A stretch of DNA of 52,694 nucleotides from a virus (IMGVR_UViG_3300035661_000082:1-52694), one strand, 5' to 3'. Shown: positions 9,963 through 19,366, counted from the first letter of the stretch. Made by a program: numbers and translations. Notes: generated by a model not told the origin, from the letters alone.

Positions 9963-10288
9963 GTGACAGTGTTGCAGATGCGGTAGTACGCGAAGGAACG
10001 GCTATTGCTGCAACAGCAAATGTAACCAAGGCCGGGGTTATTGGGGCGCTTATATCTGCGTTTGGGTCACAATACACGCTCGTTGCCGTGTCAATAAGTG
10101 TGGCAATCATTTCAATGATTCTCAATGCGTACTTTCAGCACAAAAAACACCAGCGTGAAGAGCTTGAGAGCGCTAGAAACATGGCGCGTGAGGATGAAAA
10201 ACTAGAGCTTCTGCGTGAACAGAATAATCGCGACAAAGAACTGTATGCGCGTAGGTCACAAGCATTAGATAAAGAGCTTGGAAACTAA
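9959..10288 (+). CDS. Putative holin
   Basis: Two hydrophobic segments followed by highly charged C-terminus; last gene of lysis cluster. Confidence 0.6.
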   Translation: MSDSVADAVVREGTAIAATANVTKAGVIGALISAFGSQYTLVAVSISVAIISMILNAYFQHKKHQREELESARNMAREDEKLELLREQNNRDKELYARRSQALDKELGN

Positions 10289-10312
10289 AGTATTCGCCAT
10301 ACTTCCACAGCC

Positions 10313-10360
10313 TCGCTACTGTTATCCCCGTTTGTAGTAGCGCCAAACAAAGTTTTTTTA
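10313..10360. terminator. Putative terminator between convergent lysis and primase genes
   Basis: CGCTACT...AGTAGCG inverted repeat followed by a T-run. Confidence 0.4.
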
Positions 10361-10361
10361 T

Positions 10362-12635
10362 TCACTTCGCATAAAATGTCCTAACTTTTCTAGTCCCATT
10401 GACCGAATCAACAGCCACAACCAATTTCAGTTCAATCATCTTTGTAAGCGCCTTGGCGATGTCGTCACGATTAAACTTTGTGATTCTATTGGAAAGTATG
10501 CCAAGTGTTTCGCCATGCTCTTTATCAATCCTTCCAAGAATTGAGGCAATCAAACGCTTGTCAGGCGCATTGGTATCAGCGTTTTTTGTAACCAGCAACG
10601 CTTTCATTTCAATATCACGATCAACCAAGGCAAACGCCCACCGTACATGCTCAATGGTACGGACGCCGCCTGGCACTGCAAGAATCGTTGAAATTTTAGC
10701 CACCATCTCGTATGCGCGACGCGGTAGAGCCTCTAGCCCATTCACTTCCTTGTATTTGTCACCCATATTCTCAAAATAAGTAAGGATATTATCGAGCGCG
10801 TTTTTTGCATCATCCTCGGTCGGTATTCTTATCCGTTCGCCCTCAAACTCGATGCGCCCACCATCCATATCATAGATGCCGCCGCTGTATAGGCTAGCCA
10901 AGGCGTTTTTAAGACTATTTGGCATGACTGCCTTGCTAAACCCTCTTTTAGCCTTGGGATTCGTCTCAAGCTCATTGACAAGAAGTGATCGCCCGATGAA
11001 ACCATTCTCGGTAGATTCTCGGTTAACAAGCCCGTCAAACGTTGCAGGCGTTGTAAAACCGATGAGTGATAAGAATGGCTTATCAAGACCGTTGTCGATG
11101 GTATCAAGCGCCTTTTTCAGGCTATTGATACGCCTCTCGATTCGCCCGCCTTGGCTATGTCCTTCGTCAAGTGTTTTTTGAGCGGCCGCAAGCTCAGATG
11201 CCATTGCCTTGCGGACTTCTTCTTTAAGATCGCCTGTTAATAGCATTGAGCCATTCACTTTTGAATAAGCTGCCATCAACTGGCCGATCACGCCATCAAG
11301 GTAAGCTGCGCCACCCTTTTTGCGAGCATTTTCGATCTTTGATAGAAGAATCCCAATTTCATCAATGATGTAAAACGCAGCTTGGTGACGTAGTAAATTG
11401 CGCGTGATTTCCTGCTCTGACTTGATCGAGCCGTGCGTTGCAAGATGGATTCCTGCCGCCCGGTGGATGTCAGTCATCGCTTGCATGATTGATTCTTTAC
11501 CTGTTCCAGACCCGGCCACGCAGAACGTGAAAAGATTTAGACCTACGCCATCGAGTCCATCAGTGTATCGAAGCCCGGCAACATTACCCATTGCCGTTAG
11601 AGCCGCGGCAACTGCAAGCGTTTCACGCGGGTTACGGCACTGGCTGTTAATCCATTCACAGACCTCGCCGACAAACCCGGGTGGGCGCAATAAATCAACG
11701 CCTTGTTTGCTACATGGGAACACATCATCAATGACTGCTGGAACATCAAAATCAACATCAGGACTAAACGTGACTGGTTGCCTCCACCCAGCCTCCTCGG
11801 CGTAATGGGCAAGCGTGCCTATGGTGACGGGATTAAGTGACTTTCCAAAGCTGTGCCATCGCTTTGTTAGCGCCTCAGCCCCTGGATACTTTGTAGAACT
11901 TCCTCTGCTCCAGTTGTCCCACACATCAAACGCCGCGCCCCCGCTGGCATGGTGAAGCGCCGCGCCAACTCGAAACCAAGTCTCATAATCGCAATCGGGG
12001 GATAAAACAGCAACCATATCGGCCAAGATTGCGTCCGAAACATCCATAAATTCAGCGCCTTCGATGCGCGCACGGTATGTTTCAGGTTTTGTTAGCGCCT
12101 TAACAAGGCTTTCAGGCGCATCATCAATTTCGCTTGGTGATCCGACAAGAACTTTGTATGTGTTACCCGACTTGTGCAGGCTGCCCGCCCCAACAACAAA
12201 CCCGCTCGACTTAAAATCAATGCCTGGATAGTCATTAAGATGACTTAGAAGCGGAACATCGCCCCCAATCTTAAAATAAAGATGTTTTGAACCACCGCCC
12301 GAACCCGTCTCAACGATGAAGGATGCGCCACCAATTTCAGGAAACGCTTCTGAAAGTTTTCTGAACGATTCGATACCACCGTTGCGTGCGTCTATGTCAA
12401 TGACTAAAAGTCCTTTAACCAGCACGCCATAACCTGTATCGAACGTGCCGATTTTTTCCATTGTCTCAATAGCTTCGTCAGACCAGTCCGGCGTGTGCTG
12501 CCAATTTGAGAACATTGGGTGTTTGAATGCGGCATTGCAGTCAGTGTTTCTACACTTGCATGAGCCATCATGGTTGCCTCCGTACAGCCCAAAAACTTTA
12601 TAGCCAAGCTCTGCAAACGTTCTGTAAAGCATCAT
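10362..12635 (-). CDS. Bifunctional primase-polymerase (Prim-Pol) + PriCT-2 + DUF3987-like helicase/ATPase
   Basis: LVIDID, TGSGGGSKHLYF, GIDFK AEP motifs; YETWFRVGAALH...WS PriCT-2; Walker A AGSGTGKE; IIDE. Confidence 0.9.
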   Translation of the reverse strand: MMLYRTFAELGYKVFGLYGGNHDGSCKCRNTDCNAAFKHPMFSNWQHTPDWSDEAIETMEKIGTFDTGYGVLVKGLLVIDIDARNGGIESFRKLSEAFPEIGGASFIVETGSGGGSKHLYFKIGGDVPLLSHLNDYPGIDFKSSGFVVGAGSLHKSGNTYKVLVGSPSEIDDAPESLVKALTKPETYRARIEGAEFMDVSDAILADMVAVLSPDCDYETWFRVGAALHHASGGAAFDVWDNWSRGSSTKYPGAEALTKRWHSFGKSLNPVTIGTLAHYAEEAGWRQPVTFSPDVDFDVPAVIDDVFPCSKQGVDLLRPPGFVGEVCEWINSQCRNPRETLAVAAALTAMGNVAGLRYTDGLDGVGLNLFTFCVAGSGTGKESIMQAMTDIHRAAGIHLATHGSIKSEQEITRNLLRHQAAFYIIDEIGILLSKIENARKKGGAAYLDGVIGQLMAAYSKVNGSMLLTGDLKEEVRKAMASELAAAQKTLDEGHSQGGRIERRINSLKKALDTIDNGLDKPFLSLIGFTTPATFDGLVNRESTENGFIGRSLLVNELETNPKAKRGFSKAVMPNSLKNALASLYSGGIYDMDGGRIEFEGERIRIPTEDDAKNALDNILTYFENMGDKYKEVNGLEALPRRAYEMVAKISTILAVPGGVRTIEHVRWAFALVDRDIEMKALLVTKNADTNAPDKRLIASILGRIDKEHGETLGILSNRITKFNRDDIAKALTKMIELKLVVAVDSVNGTRKVRTFYAK

Positions 12636-12826
12636 TGTTGTTTGCCGATAAAGAATTGTGACAACTTTTCAACTGTTTCGTAGGTCGCATTGCGATGATT
12701 AACAAGCCGGTAAACCAAGTTTTTATGGATGCCTGCCGCCTCTGCAACGGCAGCTAGATTCATAAATTTCAATCGGTCGCGTATCTCATCAATGGATAGG
12801 ATTTTTTTGTGTTCGGTGGTGTTCAT
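12632..12826 (-). CDS. Cro-like HTH regulator
   Basis: NLAAVAEAAGIHKNLVYRL HTH; ATGA-coupled to primase. Confidence 0.8.
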   Translation of the reverse strand: MNTTEHKKILSIDEIRDRLKFMNLAAVAEAAGIHKNLVYRLVNHRNATYETVEKLSQFFIGKQQ

Positions 12827-12968
12827 GGTTGTGTGCCCTCTTGGCTAAATTTCATGGTTGAAAAAAATATTTTCATATTGTGTTGCAATAGTAGCAAATT
12901 TCATTATTATTGCAAACGTAGAGAAAAGAAAGCGCGACCTCTACCGCGCAAGCACAAGAGGAAAAACT
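12827..12968. promoter_or_regulatory. Divergent promoter region
   Basis: AT-rich gap between divergent operons; TTGCAA-16-TATTAT on + strand; AAATTTCAT occurs twice. Confidence 0.45.
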
Positions 12969-13802
12969 ATGAGCACATTGGCTCAACTGGTTGAAAAACC
13001 AAAAGACACGCCGATTATTTTAACGATTCTCGGTGATTCTGGCCTTGGGAAAACATCCCTTGCCTGTACCTTTCCGTCACCCATTGTCATCCGTGGCGAG
13101 GACGGTCTTCAATCAATCCCAGATGGTAGACGACCTGATGCGCTTCCGCTGATTGAAAAAGCAGATCAGCTATGGGATCAACTCATGATTCTGATTCAAC
13201 AAGATCACGAGTATAAGACGCTCGTGATTGATAGCGTAACTGCGCTGGAGCGGATTTTCATCCAGAACATTTTGGATGCTGACCCCAAGAAACCAGCATC
13301 AATCAACCAGGCTCTTGGCGGATACGGCAATGGTGCTGCCGCTGTAGGGGCAATGCACCAGCGCGTGCGTAAAGCATGTGGTGTATTGCGCGACCGAAAA
13401 GGTATGCACATCGTCTTCATTGCCCACGCTGAAACTGAAACCATTACGCCCCCGGACGATGAAGACTATACGCGCTACAGTCTTCGCTTGGGCAAGAAGT
13501 CTATCGCCCCCTACGTTGATGACGTAGATATGGTTGCATTCGTTAAGCTTGCAACATTCACGATGGGCGAAGAGGGCAAGCGAAAGGCTATCTCAACAGG
13601 TGAGCGTGTTGTGATTGCCCACGCCACGGCTTCAAATGTATCTAAAAACCGCTACGGAATTGAAGAAGACATTCCATTTGTAAAAGGTGTGAATCCGTTT
13701 ATTCCTTTTATTCCTTCGCTTCGATCTAATCGATCTAAGCCTTCTGTAGCAATCAAAGCTGCACTAGAGGCTGCAAACCAACCAATCACCGAATCTAACT
13801 AA
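12969..13802 (+). CDS. Sak4-like/AAA_24 ATPase (single-strand annealing)
   Basis: Walker A GDSGLGKT, LVIDS Walker B, VFIAH, KNRYG; GAGG RBS before ATG 12969. Confidence 0.85.
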   Translation: MSTLAQLVEKPKDTPIILTILGDSGLGKTSLACTFPSPIVIRGEDGLQSIPDGRRPDALPLIEKADQLWDQLMILIQQDHEYKTLVIDSVTALERIFIQNILDADPKKPASINQALGGYGNGAAAVGAMHQRVRKACGVLRDRKGMHIVFIAHAETETITPPDDEDYTRYSLRLGKKSIAPYVDDVDMVAFVKLATFTMGEEGKRKAISTGERVVIAHATASNVSKNRYGIEEDIPFVKGVNPFIPFIPSLRSNRSKPSVAIKAALEAANQPITESN

Positions 13803-13814
13803 GAGGAATCTATC

Positions 13815-14333
13815 ATGGCAAATTTTTGGGACTTATCCGACGGCTCACAAGCCGAGCAAACAAACACTTTCGACTCTGGAAGCATTGTTCTCATCCCTGA
13901 CAATACAACAGCCTTAGCCGTTATCGAGGAAGCCTCATGGAAGACTGGCTTTGAAGGCGCACCCGACCTAATCTCAATTCGCTGGAACATCGTCAAGCCC
14001 ATTGAGTTTAAGGGGCAGAAGGTATTCCAAAAAATTAAGGTGAAGGATGACGACGCAAAGGTATCTGACAAATCCAAGCGCATGTTGATGGCGATTGACA
14101 TGAATGCCGGTGGGAAGCTTGCAAAGCTGAACAAAGAGCCGTCCGACAATGATCTGATGGCAAACCTCATGTACAAACCTATGGTCATTAAGATCATGGT
14201 GTGGAAGATGAATGACAAGGAAGGAAACTGGGTATCAGCCGTAGCTCCCGTAAAAGCAGGAACAGAAGTTCCAGTTCTAGAAGTGCCTAAGCAGACCAAA
14301 AAAGCCGATGACTTTGGCGATGTTCCTTTTTAA
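13815..14333 (+). CDS. Single-stranded DNA-binding protein (DUF669-like)
   Basis: Follows Sak4; acidic C-terminal tail DDFGDVPF. Confidence 0.75.
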   Translation: MANFWDLSDGSQAEQTNTFDSGSIVLIPDNTTALAVIEEASWKTGFEGAPDLISIRWNIVKPIEFKGQKVFQKIKVKDDDAKVSDKSKRMLMAIDMNAGGKLAKLNKEPSDNDLMANLMYKPMVIKIMVWKMNDKEGNWVSAVAPVKAGTEVPVLEVPKQTKKADDFGDVPF

Positions 14334-14358
14334 TTGATTGCATTTTTAATTGATTGCA
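14327..14358. repeat. Perfect 16-bp tandem duplication TTTTTAATTGATTGCA
   Basis: 14327-14342 equals 14343-14358. Confidence 0.9.
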
Positions 14359-14360
14359 TT

Positions 14361-14388
14361 GCCACGGATATATTCCGTGGCTTTTTTT
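14361..14388 (+). terminator. Rho-independent terminator
   Basis: GCCACGGA-tata-TTCCGTGGC followed by T7. Confidence 0.75.
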
Positions 14389-14400
14389 GAGGAATAAATT

Positions 14401-15294
14401 ATGAACACACAAGAAATCAAACAGCGCACACAAGAATGGTTTGAATCACGTAAGGGGCGCGTGACTGCGTCTAGCGTTGGAGCAATCCTTGGCCTATCGC
14501 CACACATGACATCCGGCGACGTGCTACGAATGATGGTGCGCGAATACCACGGCGCTGAGCGCGAGTTCAAAGGAAACGCAGCGACCGAGTGGGGAACTAT
14601 TAACGAGGATGCTGCAAAATGGGAATTTCAGATAGAGCACGGAATCACGATTAGCGAGTGCGGGTTTTACACGTGGGGCGATTGGGCAGGGGCTTCACCT
14701 GACGGGATTCTAAACGTTGAAGATGAAGGAAAAGATTTAACCATCATCGAAATTAAATGCCCATATGGGTTGAAGGACAATAAAGAGCCAGTATTCAAAA
14801 CGATTGAAGAACAGCCACACTACTACGCACAAATTCAGTTCCAACTCTATTGCGCAGATATGGCACAGTGCTATTTTTACCAATGGACACCTTACGACAC
14901 AAAGACTGAAATAGTTGGAGTTAACGATGAATGGCTGCGTGAAAACATTCCTAAGCTGGAAGAATTTCACAAAATCTACCTATCCGAGCTTAACAACCCT
15001 GAACACCTCGAGCCAAGGCGCAAGTCCATTGAAACCATTGAGGCACGTCAACTCCTTTCTGAATATGACCGCCTAAGCCATGAAATCGACCTGGCTGAAC
15101 AAGCCAAAAAAGACATCATGGATGACCTTGTCAAGATTGCAGGAGATAAAGACGCTCTTATTTGTGGCCGCAAGCTTACCAAGGTTGAAAAGTCCGGTGC
15201 TGTATCGTATGCCAAAGCAATCAAGGCGTTACTGCCAAGCGCAGACCTTGAACCCTATCGAGGCAAGCCTAGTATTTTTTGGAAGTTGACATGA
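14401..15294 (+). CDS. YqaJ/lambda-exonuclease family nuclease
   Basis: QRTQEWFESRKGRVTAS, ASPDG, EIKCP, YYAQIQFQL. Confidence 0.9.
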   Translation: MNTQEIKQRTQEWFESRKGRVTASSVGAILGLSPHMTSGDVLRMMVREYHGAEREFKGNAATEWGTINEDAAKWEFQIEHGITISECGFYTWGDWAGASPDGILNVEDEGKDLTIIEIKCPYGLKDNKEPVFKTIEEQPHYYAQIQFQLYCADMAQCYFYQWTPYDTKTEIVGVNDEWLRENIPKLEEFHKIYLSELNNPEHLEPRRKSIETIEARQLLSEYDRLSHEIDLAEQAKKDIMDDLVKIAGDKDALICGRKLTKVEKSGAVSYAKAIKALLPSADLEPYRGKPSIFWKLT

Positions 15295-17069
15295 AGCTTC
15301 GCCCCTACCAGCAACTTGCGCATGATTCGGTGATGGGTTGGGTGCGCTATTCTCGTGAGCCATGCTTGATTGAGGCCGCAACAGGCGCTGGGAAAAGCCT
15401 CATTATTGCTGCATTGGCTGAAAGTATGCGCACCATATCAGGCGGAAAGCATGTTTTATGCCTAGCCCCAAACGCCGAGCTAGTTATACAGAATCGTGAG
15501 AAGTATTTGGCCACTGGAAACTCTGCCAGCCTTTATTCAGCATCGGCTGGCCAAAAGTGCTTGCGCTATCCTGTTGTATTTGCAACTCCTGGCACATTCA
15601 AAAGCAAGGCGTACGCGATTGGCGAAAGGTTCTGCGCTGTTATTGTTGATGAGGCGCATCGCATATCGCCCGTGATCATCAACATCATTGAAGACATGAA
15701 GGAAAAAAACCAAAACCTTCGCGTTATTGGTCTATCAGCCACACCATACCGCATGGGCACTGGTTACATTTACCGCATGGATGAAAAGGGGCGTGCAAAC
15801 AGTGATACCAAGGCGAAAGACCCGTATTTCACGGCGAAAGTATTCACGATTACAGCCAAGGAGCTTATCGGGAAAGGATTTCTAACGCCACCAGTGATTG
15901 GATCAATTAACGGTGAACATTACGATGCGAAAAGCCTTGAACTCAATTCGCGTGGGCAATTCAACGCAGCAGACATCGACCGCGCATTCGTTGGGCATGG
16001 GCGCAAAACGTCGGCCATTGTGAACAACGTGGTTGAACAGAGCCGCAGCAGAAAAGGCGTGCTTTTGTACGCTGCCACTGTTGCCCATGCCTATGAAATT
16101 CTTGCGTCACTGCCTAAAGAACTATCCGCTATCATTACGGGTGAGACACCGGCCAAGGAGCGTGCAGATATTATTGCGCGTTTCAAGTCACAAAAAATAA
16201 AGTACCTGGTTAACCGTGACGTGCTTACTACGGGTTTCGACGCGCCCCATGTAGATGTGATTGCGCTGCTACGCGCAACTGAGTCTGAGAGTTTATTACA
16301 GCAGATTGTCGGGCGAGGCATGAGGCTATCGCCGGATAAAGAAAACTTTCTAGTTCTGGACTACGCAGAAAATATCGAGCGCCACTGCCCGGATGGTGAC
16401 TTGTTCAATCCTGACGTTAAGGTGAGAGGTGGCGATAGCGAAGCTGGTGAACTTGAAGTGCATTGCCCACTATGCAGCACCATTAACTCATTCACGGCGC
16501 GTCCTAATCCTGAAAACTATGATGTGACAAAAGACGGGTACTTTTCACTGCATGGTGGCGTTATTGAAATAGGTTTCGGTGACAAAAAATACCCGCTTCC
16601 TTCACACTTTGGGCGGCGATGCTTTGGCGAACACAAAGATGGATCAAGATGCGAGTACCGATGGAGCGCCAAAGAATGCCCCGAGTGTGGTGGCGATAAC
16701 GATATTGCCGCTCGGTATTGTTCGCATTGCAAAGCCGAACTTATAGACCCAAACGAGAAGTTAATCGCTGATTTTGTGGCGGCTAAAAAAGACCCTGAAA
16801 ATGTGCAAACGGACAAAGTACTAAGTTTTTCAGTGTCTGACCACATTACTCAAAAGGGCGAATCATGGAAGAAAATAACCGTTCAAACTGAATACCGATC
16901 ATTCAGGGTGTTCATGAATCCGAATCGAAAAGAGTATGCTAAGGTTATTGAAGTCACACATGATGGAAAGAAACCATATACTGTTACGTACCGCAAAGAA
17001 AAATCAAGCACGTTTTTCAAAATCCTAGCCTTCAACCTGCCCGAAGATGTTGCACCAAATGCAAAGTAA
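15291..17069 (+). CDS. SF2 DEAH helicase (RadD/YejH-like) with Zn-ribbons
   Basis: LRPYQ, ATGAGKS, DEAH, SAT, TGFD, QIVGRGMR; CxxC pairs in C-terminal half. Confidence 0.9.
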   Translation: MKLRPYQQLAHDSVMGWVRYSREPCLIEAATGAGKSLIIAALAESMRTISGGKHVLCLAPNAELVIQNREKYLATGNSASLYSASAGQKCLRYPVVFATPGTFKSKAYAIGERFCAVIVDEAHRISPVIINIIEDMKEKNQNLRVIGLSATPYRMGTGYIYRMDEKGRANSDTKAKDPYFTAKVFTITAKELIGKGFLTPPVIGSINGEHYDAKSLELNSRGQFNAADIDRAFVGHGRKTSAIVNNVVEQSRSRKGVLLYAATVAHAYEILASLPKELSAIITGETPAKERADIIARFKSQKIKYLVNRDVLTTGFDAPHVDVIALLRATESESLLQQIVGRGMRLSPDKENFLVLDYAENIERHCPDGDLFNPDVKVRGGDSEAGELEVHCPLCSTINSFTARPNPENYDVTKDGYFSLHGGVIEIGFGDKKYPLPSHFGRRCFGEHKDGSRCEYRWSAKECPECGGDNDIAARYCSHCKAELIDPNEKLIADFVAAKKDPENVQTDKVLSFSVSDHITQKGESWKKITVQTEYRSFRVFMNPNRKEYAKVIEVTHDGKKPYTVTYRKEKSSTFFKILAFNLPEDVAPNAK

Positions 17070-17433
17070 GAAAACAATCACGACGAAAAATAAAAAGCCA
17101 ATGCCAACCGAGCATGCTGAACAAGTCCACTTTGTTCAATGGATGGAAAAGAATCATCCAGGCGTTCGATTATTTGCGATACCCAATGGCGGATTTAGGC
17201 ACGCAGCTACAGCAACGAAACTCAAAGATGAAGGCGTTCGCCCAGGTGTGCCAGACATAATGATACCCGCGCTTCACCTGTTCATTGAAATGAAACGGGA
17301 AAAAGGCGGGCGCTTGTCTGCTGAGCAAAAGGACTGGATAGCGTACCTAAAAGAATGCGGCTATCAAGTAGAAGTATGTGCTGGCTCGCTTGAGTCAATC
17401 GCTGTAGTTAATAATTGCTTTGCACATACATAG
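17059..17433 (+). CDS. VRR-NUC domain nuclease
   Basis: EHAEQ...AIPNGG...GVPD...FIEMK...LSAEQ. Confidence 0.85.
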   Translation: MQSKKTITTKNKKPMPTEHAEQVHFVQWMEKNHPGVRLFAIPNGGFRHAATATKLKDEGVRPGVPDIMIPALHLFIEMKREKGGRLSAEQKDWIAYLKECGYQVEVCAGSLESIAVVNNCFAHT

Positions 17434-17521
17434 CAGGACATACCTTTAAGCCAAACGCGCAAAGGATATTAGTGGGATTACTTCCAGTCTGTATAGTTGA
17501 AAGTCTACGACTGGGCGATTT

Positions 17522-17917
17522 TTATTTGACCGTACCCCAGTCATGTTTTTTATCGAGTTCACGCGCTCGAATTGTGATGGTTGCGTTGGACTTTTTAAGT
17601 TCGTGCCGAGCTTCTTGCGCAGGTGTCTTGGTGTTTTTTGCTGGATTTTCGCCATTAACCATATGTGCCACCGCGTTGGAAAAGTTTCCATTCCATAGCG
17701 AAAGATTGGCTTTTGGAAAGTTCTTAGGCACCCATGTTTGAACTCTTTCCACCATGAGCTGATGTTTTATTATCCCGTGATCGCTTGCCGTCTTGTTAAG
17801 ATCGGCAAAGTCTATGTACCCCTTGTGCCCTCCTACGCAACGTACTGTTTCTATTAGTTGCAAATCAAGCTGCCATGCACGGACAATTTCTTCCGCCATT
17901 GTTTTAGTTAGTTTCAT
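17522..17917 (-). CDS. Hypothetical protein
   Basis: 131-aa ORF with AGGA RBS downstream of the methyltransferase. Confidence 0.6.
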   Translation of the reverse strand: MKLTKTMAEEIVRAWQLDLQLIETVRCVGGHKGYIDFADLNKTASDHGIIKHQLMVERVQTWVPKNFPKANLSLWNGNFSNAVAHMVNGENPAKNTKTPAQEARHELKKSNATITIRARELDKKHDWGTVK

Positions 17918-17941
17918 TCGTCATCCTAAACACAGTGATTT

Positions 17942-18973
17942 TCATTTCAGACTTACTCCTGCAAGGATGCTGAATGCGACTGCCGCTTGGAGCGGGACTT
18001 GTGCGTTACCGAGTCCTTTGATTCTTCCGGATCGGTCTTTAATTCCGGCCGCAACTCGCCCAATGTCTGGCTCGCTTTGCCACCAGCCCGAGTGAACCCC
18101 AATGGGAATCCCATCAGCCACTCCACCCACGCCGGATTGAGCTGGCCGATCTGACCACTGCGGATCATTGCTCCTGGTATGCTGTCCCGATCCGCTTGTG
18201 ATGGCGGAAGGGTACTGTTTTTCGCATCCTGTGCACTTGGTGTTGACCACATCATAACCACAGTCGCAAGTCCGCCCCCGCTGGTCGCTGAACATCCCTT
18301 GCGGTTGTGGTTCCCATTTACTGTTGGTGTCGGCCACATCTGCATATTTGAAACCTGATCCCTTAGATTCGCTGGCTTGATCCTGCCCGGCCTTGTAATC
18401 GTCGCTTCCCTCTCCAATGCTTTTGATGACTTTGGAGGCATCGAGTCTAGCGTGTTCGGTGTTGCCCATTGTTGCCATGCACCACCATCGTTCACGCTTG
18501 TGATTCGCCCCAACGTCGGCAGCAGATAAACACAGCCATTGCGCGTTATAGCCGATTTCAAAGATGTCTTTTGCGATAACTTCGAGGTAGTCTTTTGACT
18601 TAGATGTGATGGCTGCAACATTCTCCAAGAAGATGATTCGCGGTCGAACAATACTTGCGATTCGTAAAACTTCCCGGTAGAGACCGCTTCGTGTATCGCC
18701 CCCAATCCCTGCCTGACTTCCGGCGTTGCTAATATCTTGGCAAGGGAATCCTGCATGGATGATGTCCACTCGGCCGGTGTATTCGGATGGATCGAACAGC
18801 CGAACGTCACCCTCGTGCACATGCAAGTCTGGGAACCAACCACCTGCGGCTCTCTCTTGCAGGACTTGGCAGGCGTACTTATCCCACTCAATAGCAACGA
18901 TTGGTTTGTGTCCGAGGATAAGATCGGAAAGCAAGCCGCCTCCGATGCCGGAAAAAATGTGCATTGTTTGCAT
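17942..18973 (-). CDS. DNA cytosine-5 methyltransferase, alpha chain (motifs I-VIII and X; lacks motif IX)
   Basis: FSGIGG (I), IEWD (II), GFPCQD (IV), LENV (VI), HKRERWW (VIII), RIKGLGNAQV (X). Confidence 0.9.
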   Translation of the reverse strand: MQTMHIFSGIGGGLLSDLILGHKPIVAIEWDKYACQVLQERAAGGWFPDLHVHEGDVRLFDPSEYTGRVDIIHAGFPCQDISNAGSQAGIGGDTRSGLYREVLRIASIVRPRIIFLENVAAITSKSKDYLEVIAKDIFEIGYNAQWLCLSAADVGANHKRERWWCMATMGNTEHARLDASKVIKSIGEGSDDYKAGQDQASESKGSGFKYADVADTNSKWEPQPQGMFSDQRGRTCDCGYDVVNTKCTGCEKQYPSAITSGSGQHTRSNDPQWSDRPAQSGVGGVADGIPIGVHSGWWQSEPDIGRVAAGIKDRSGRIKGLGNAQVPLQAAVAFSILAGVSLK

Positions 18974-18990
18974 AGCTCTTCATCCCTCAT
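17953..18990 (-). CDS. Alternative-frame ORF: putative beta chain of the C5-MTase (TRD + motif IX); true start uncertain
   Basis: 345 open codons over the whole MTase gene; LPT/WATP/WPTP/WSTP repeats and LNPAWVEWLMGFP, resembling motif IX (LTPRExxRLQGFP). Confidence 0.7.
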   Translation of the reverse strand: MRDEELCKQCTFFPASEAACFPILSSDTNQSLLLSGISTPAKSCKREPQVVGSQTCMCTRVTFGCSIHPNTPAEWTSSMQDSLAKILATPEVRQGLGAIHEAVSTGKFYESQVLFDRESSSWRMLQPSHLSQKTTSKLSQKTSLKSAITRNGCVYLLPTLGRITSVNDGGAWQQWATPNTLDSMPPKSSKALEREATITRPGRIKPANLRDQVSNMQMWPTPTVNGNHNRKGCSATSGGGLATVVMMWSTPSAQDAKNSTLPPSQADRDSIPGAMIRSGQIGQLNPAWVEWLMGFPLGFTRAGGKASQTLGELRPELKTDPEESKDSVTHKSRSKRQSHSASLQE

Positions 18991-19184
18991 TCATCAGCCT
19001 CGACACAGTGACTACAAACACCGTATCCAATGGGTGCCCTATCGTTTCGATCACTGCATTTAATGCACAGTGCTTCGCCACGCATTGGATTCATTGCCCC
19101 ATTAACCAGCACGTTCTGAATCTGGTTTTCGAGCCAAAGCTCTGAAAGCTCGCTGGCTTTGTCAAGGTTATCGCTATCGTTCAT
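18987..19184 (-). CDS. TraR/DksA-like C4 zinc-finger protein
   Basis: DNLDKAS acidic tip; CIKC...CSHC. Confidence 0.7.
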   Translation of the reverse strand: MNDSDNLDKASELSELWLENQIQNVLVNGAMNPMRGEALCIKCSDRNDRAPIGYGVCSHCVEADE

Positions 19185-19366
19185 TGTTTTTTACCCAACT
19201 GCTGGCTTTCGAGGTAGCGAATCACTTTGCTAATCATCGAGTATTTCGGTTCAGTCACACCCATGCACATCCAACCGTAAAGCTGGGAATAAGGCACGCC
19301 CGCAGATTTTGCTACCGCCTTCAGGTTGTAGTCTTTTAATTTCAGTTTAATTTCTTCAATGTCCAC
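19181..19366 (-). CDS. Cro-like HTH regulator (paralogue of 12632-12826)
   Basis: NLKAVAKSAGVPYSQLYGW HTH; AGGAG RBS before GTG. Confidence 0.75.
   Translation of the reverse strand: MDIEEIKLKLKDYNLKAVAKSAGVPYSQLYGWMCMGVTEPKYSMISKVIRYLESQQLGKKQ

Noticed and set aside
12858-12968. N-terminal extension of the Sak4-like ORF
   Set aside because: Overlaps the promoter region; GAGG RBS supports ATG 12969
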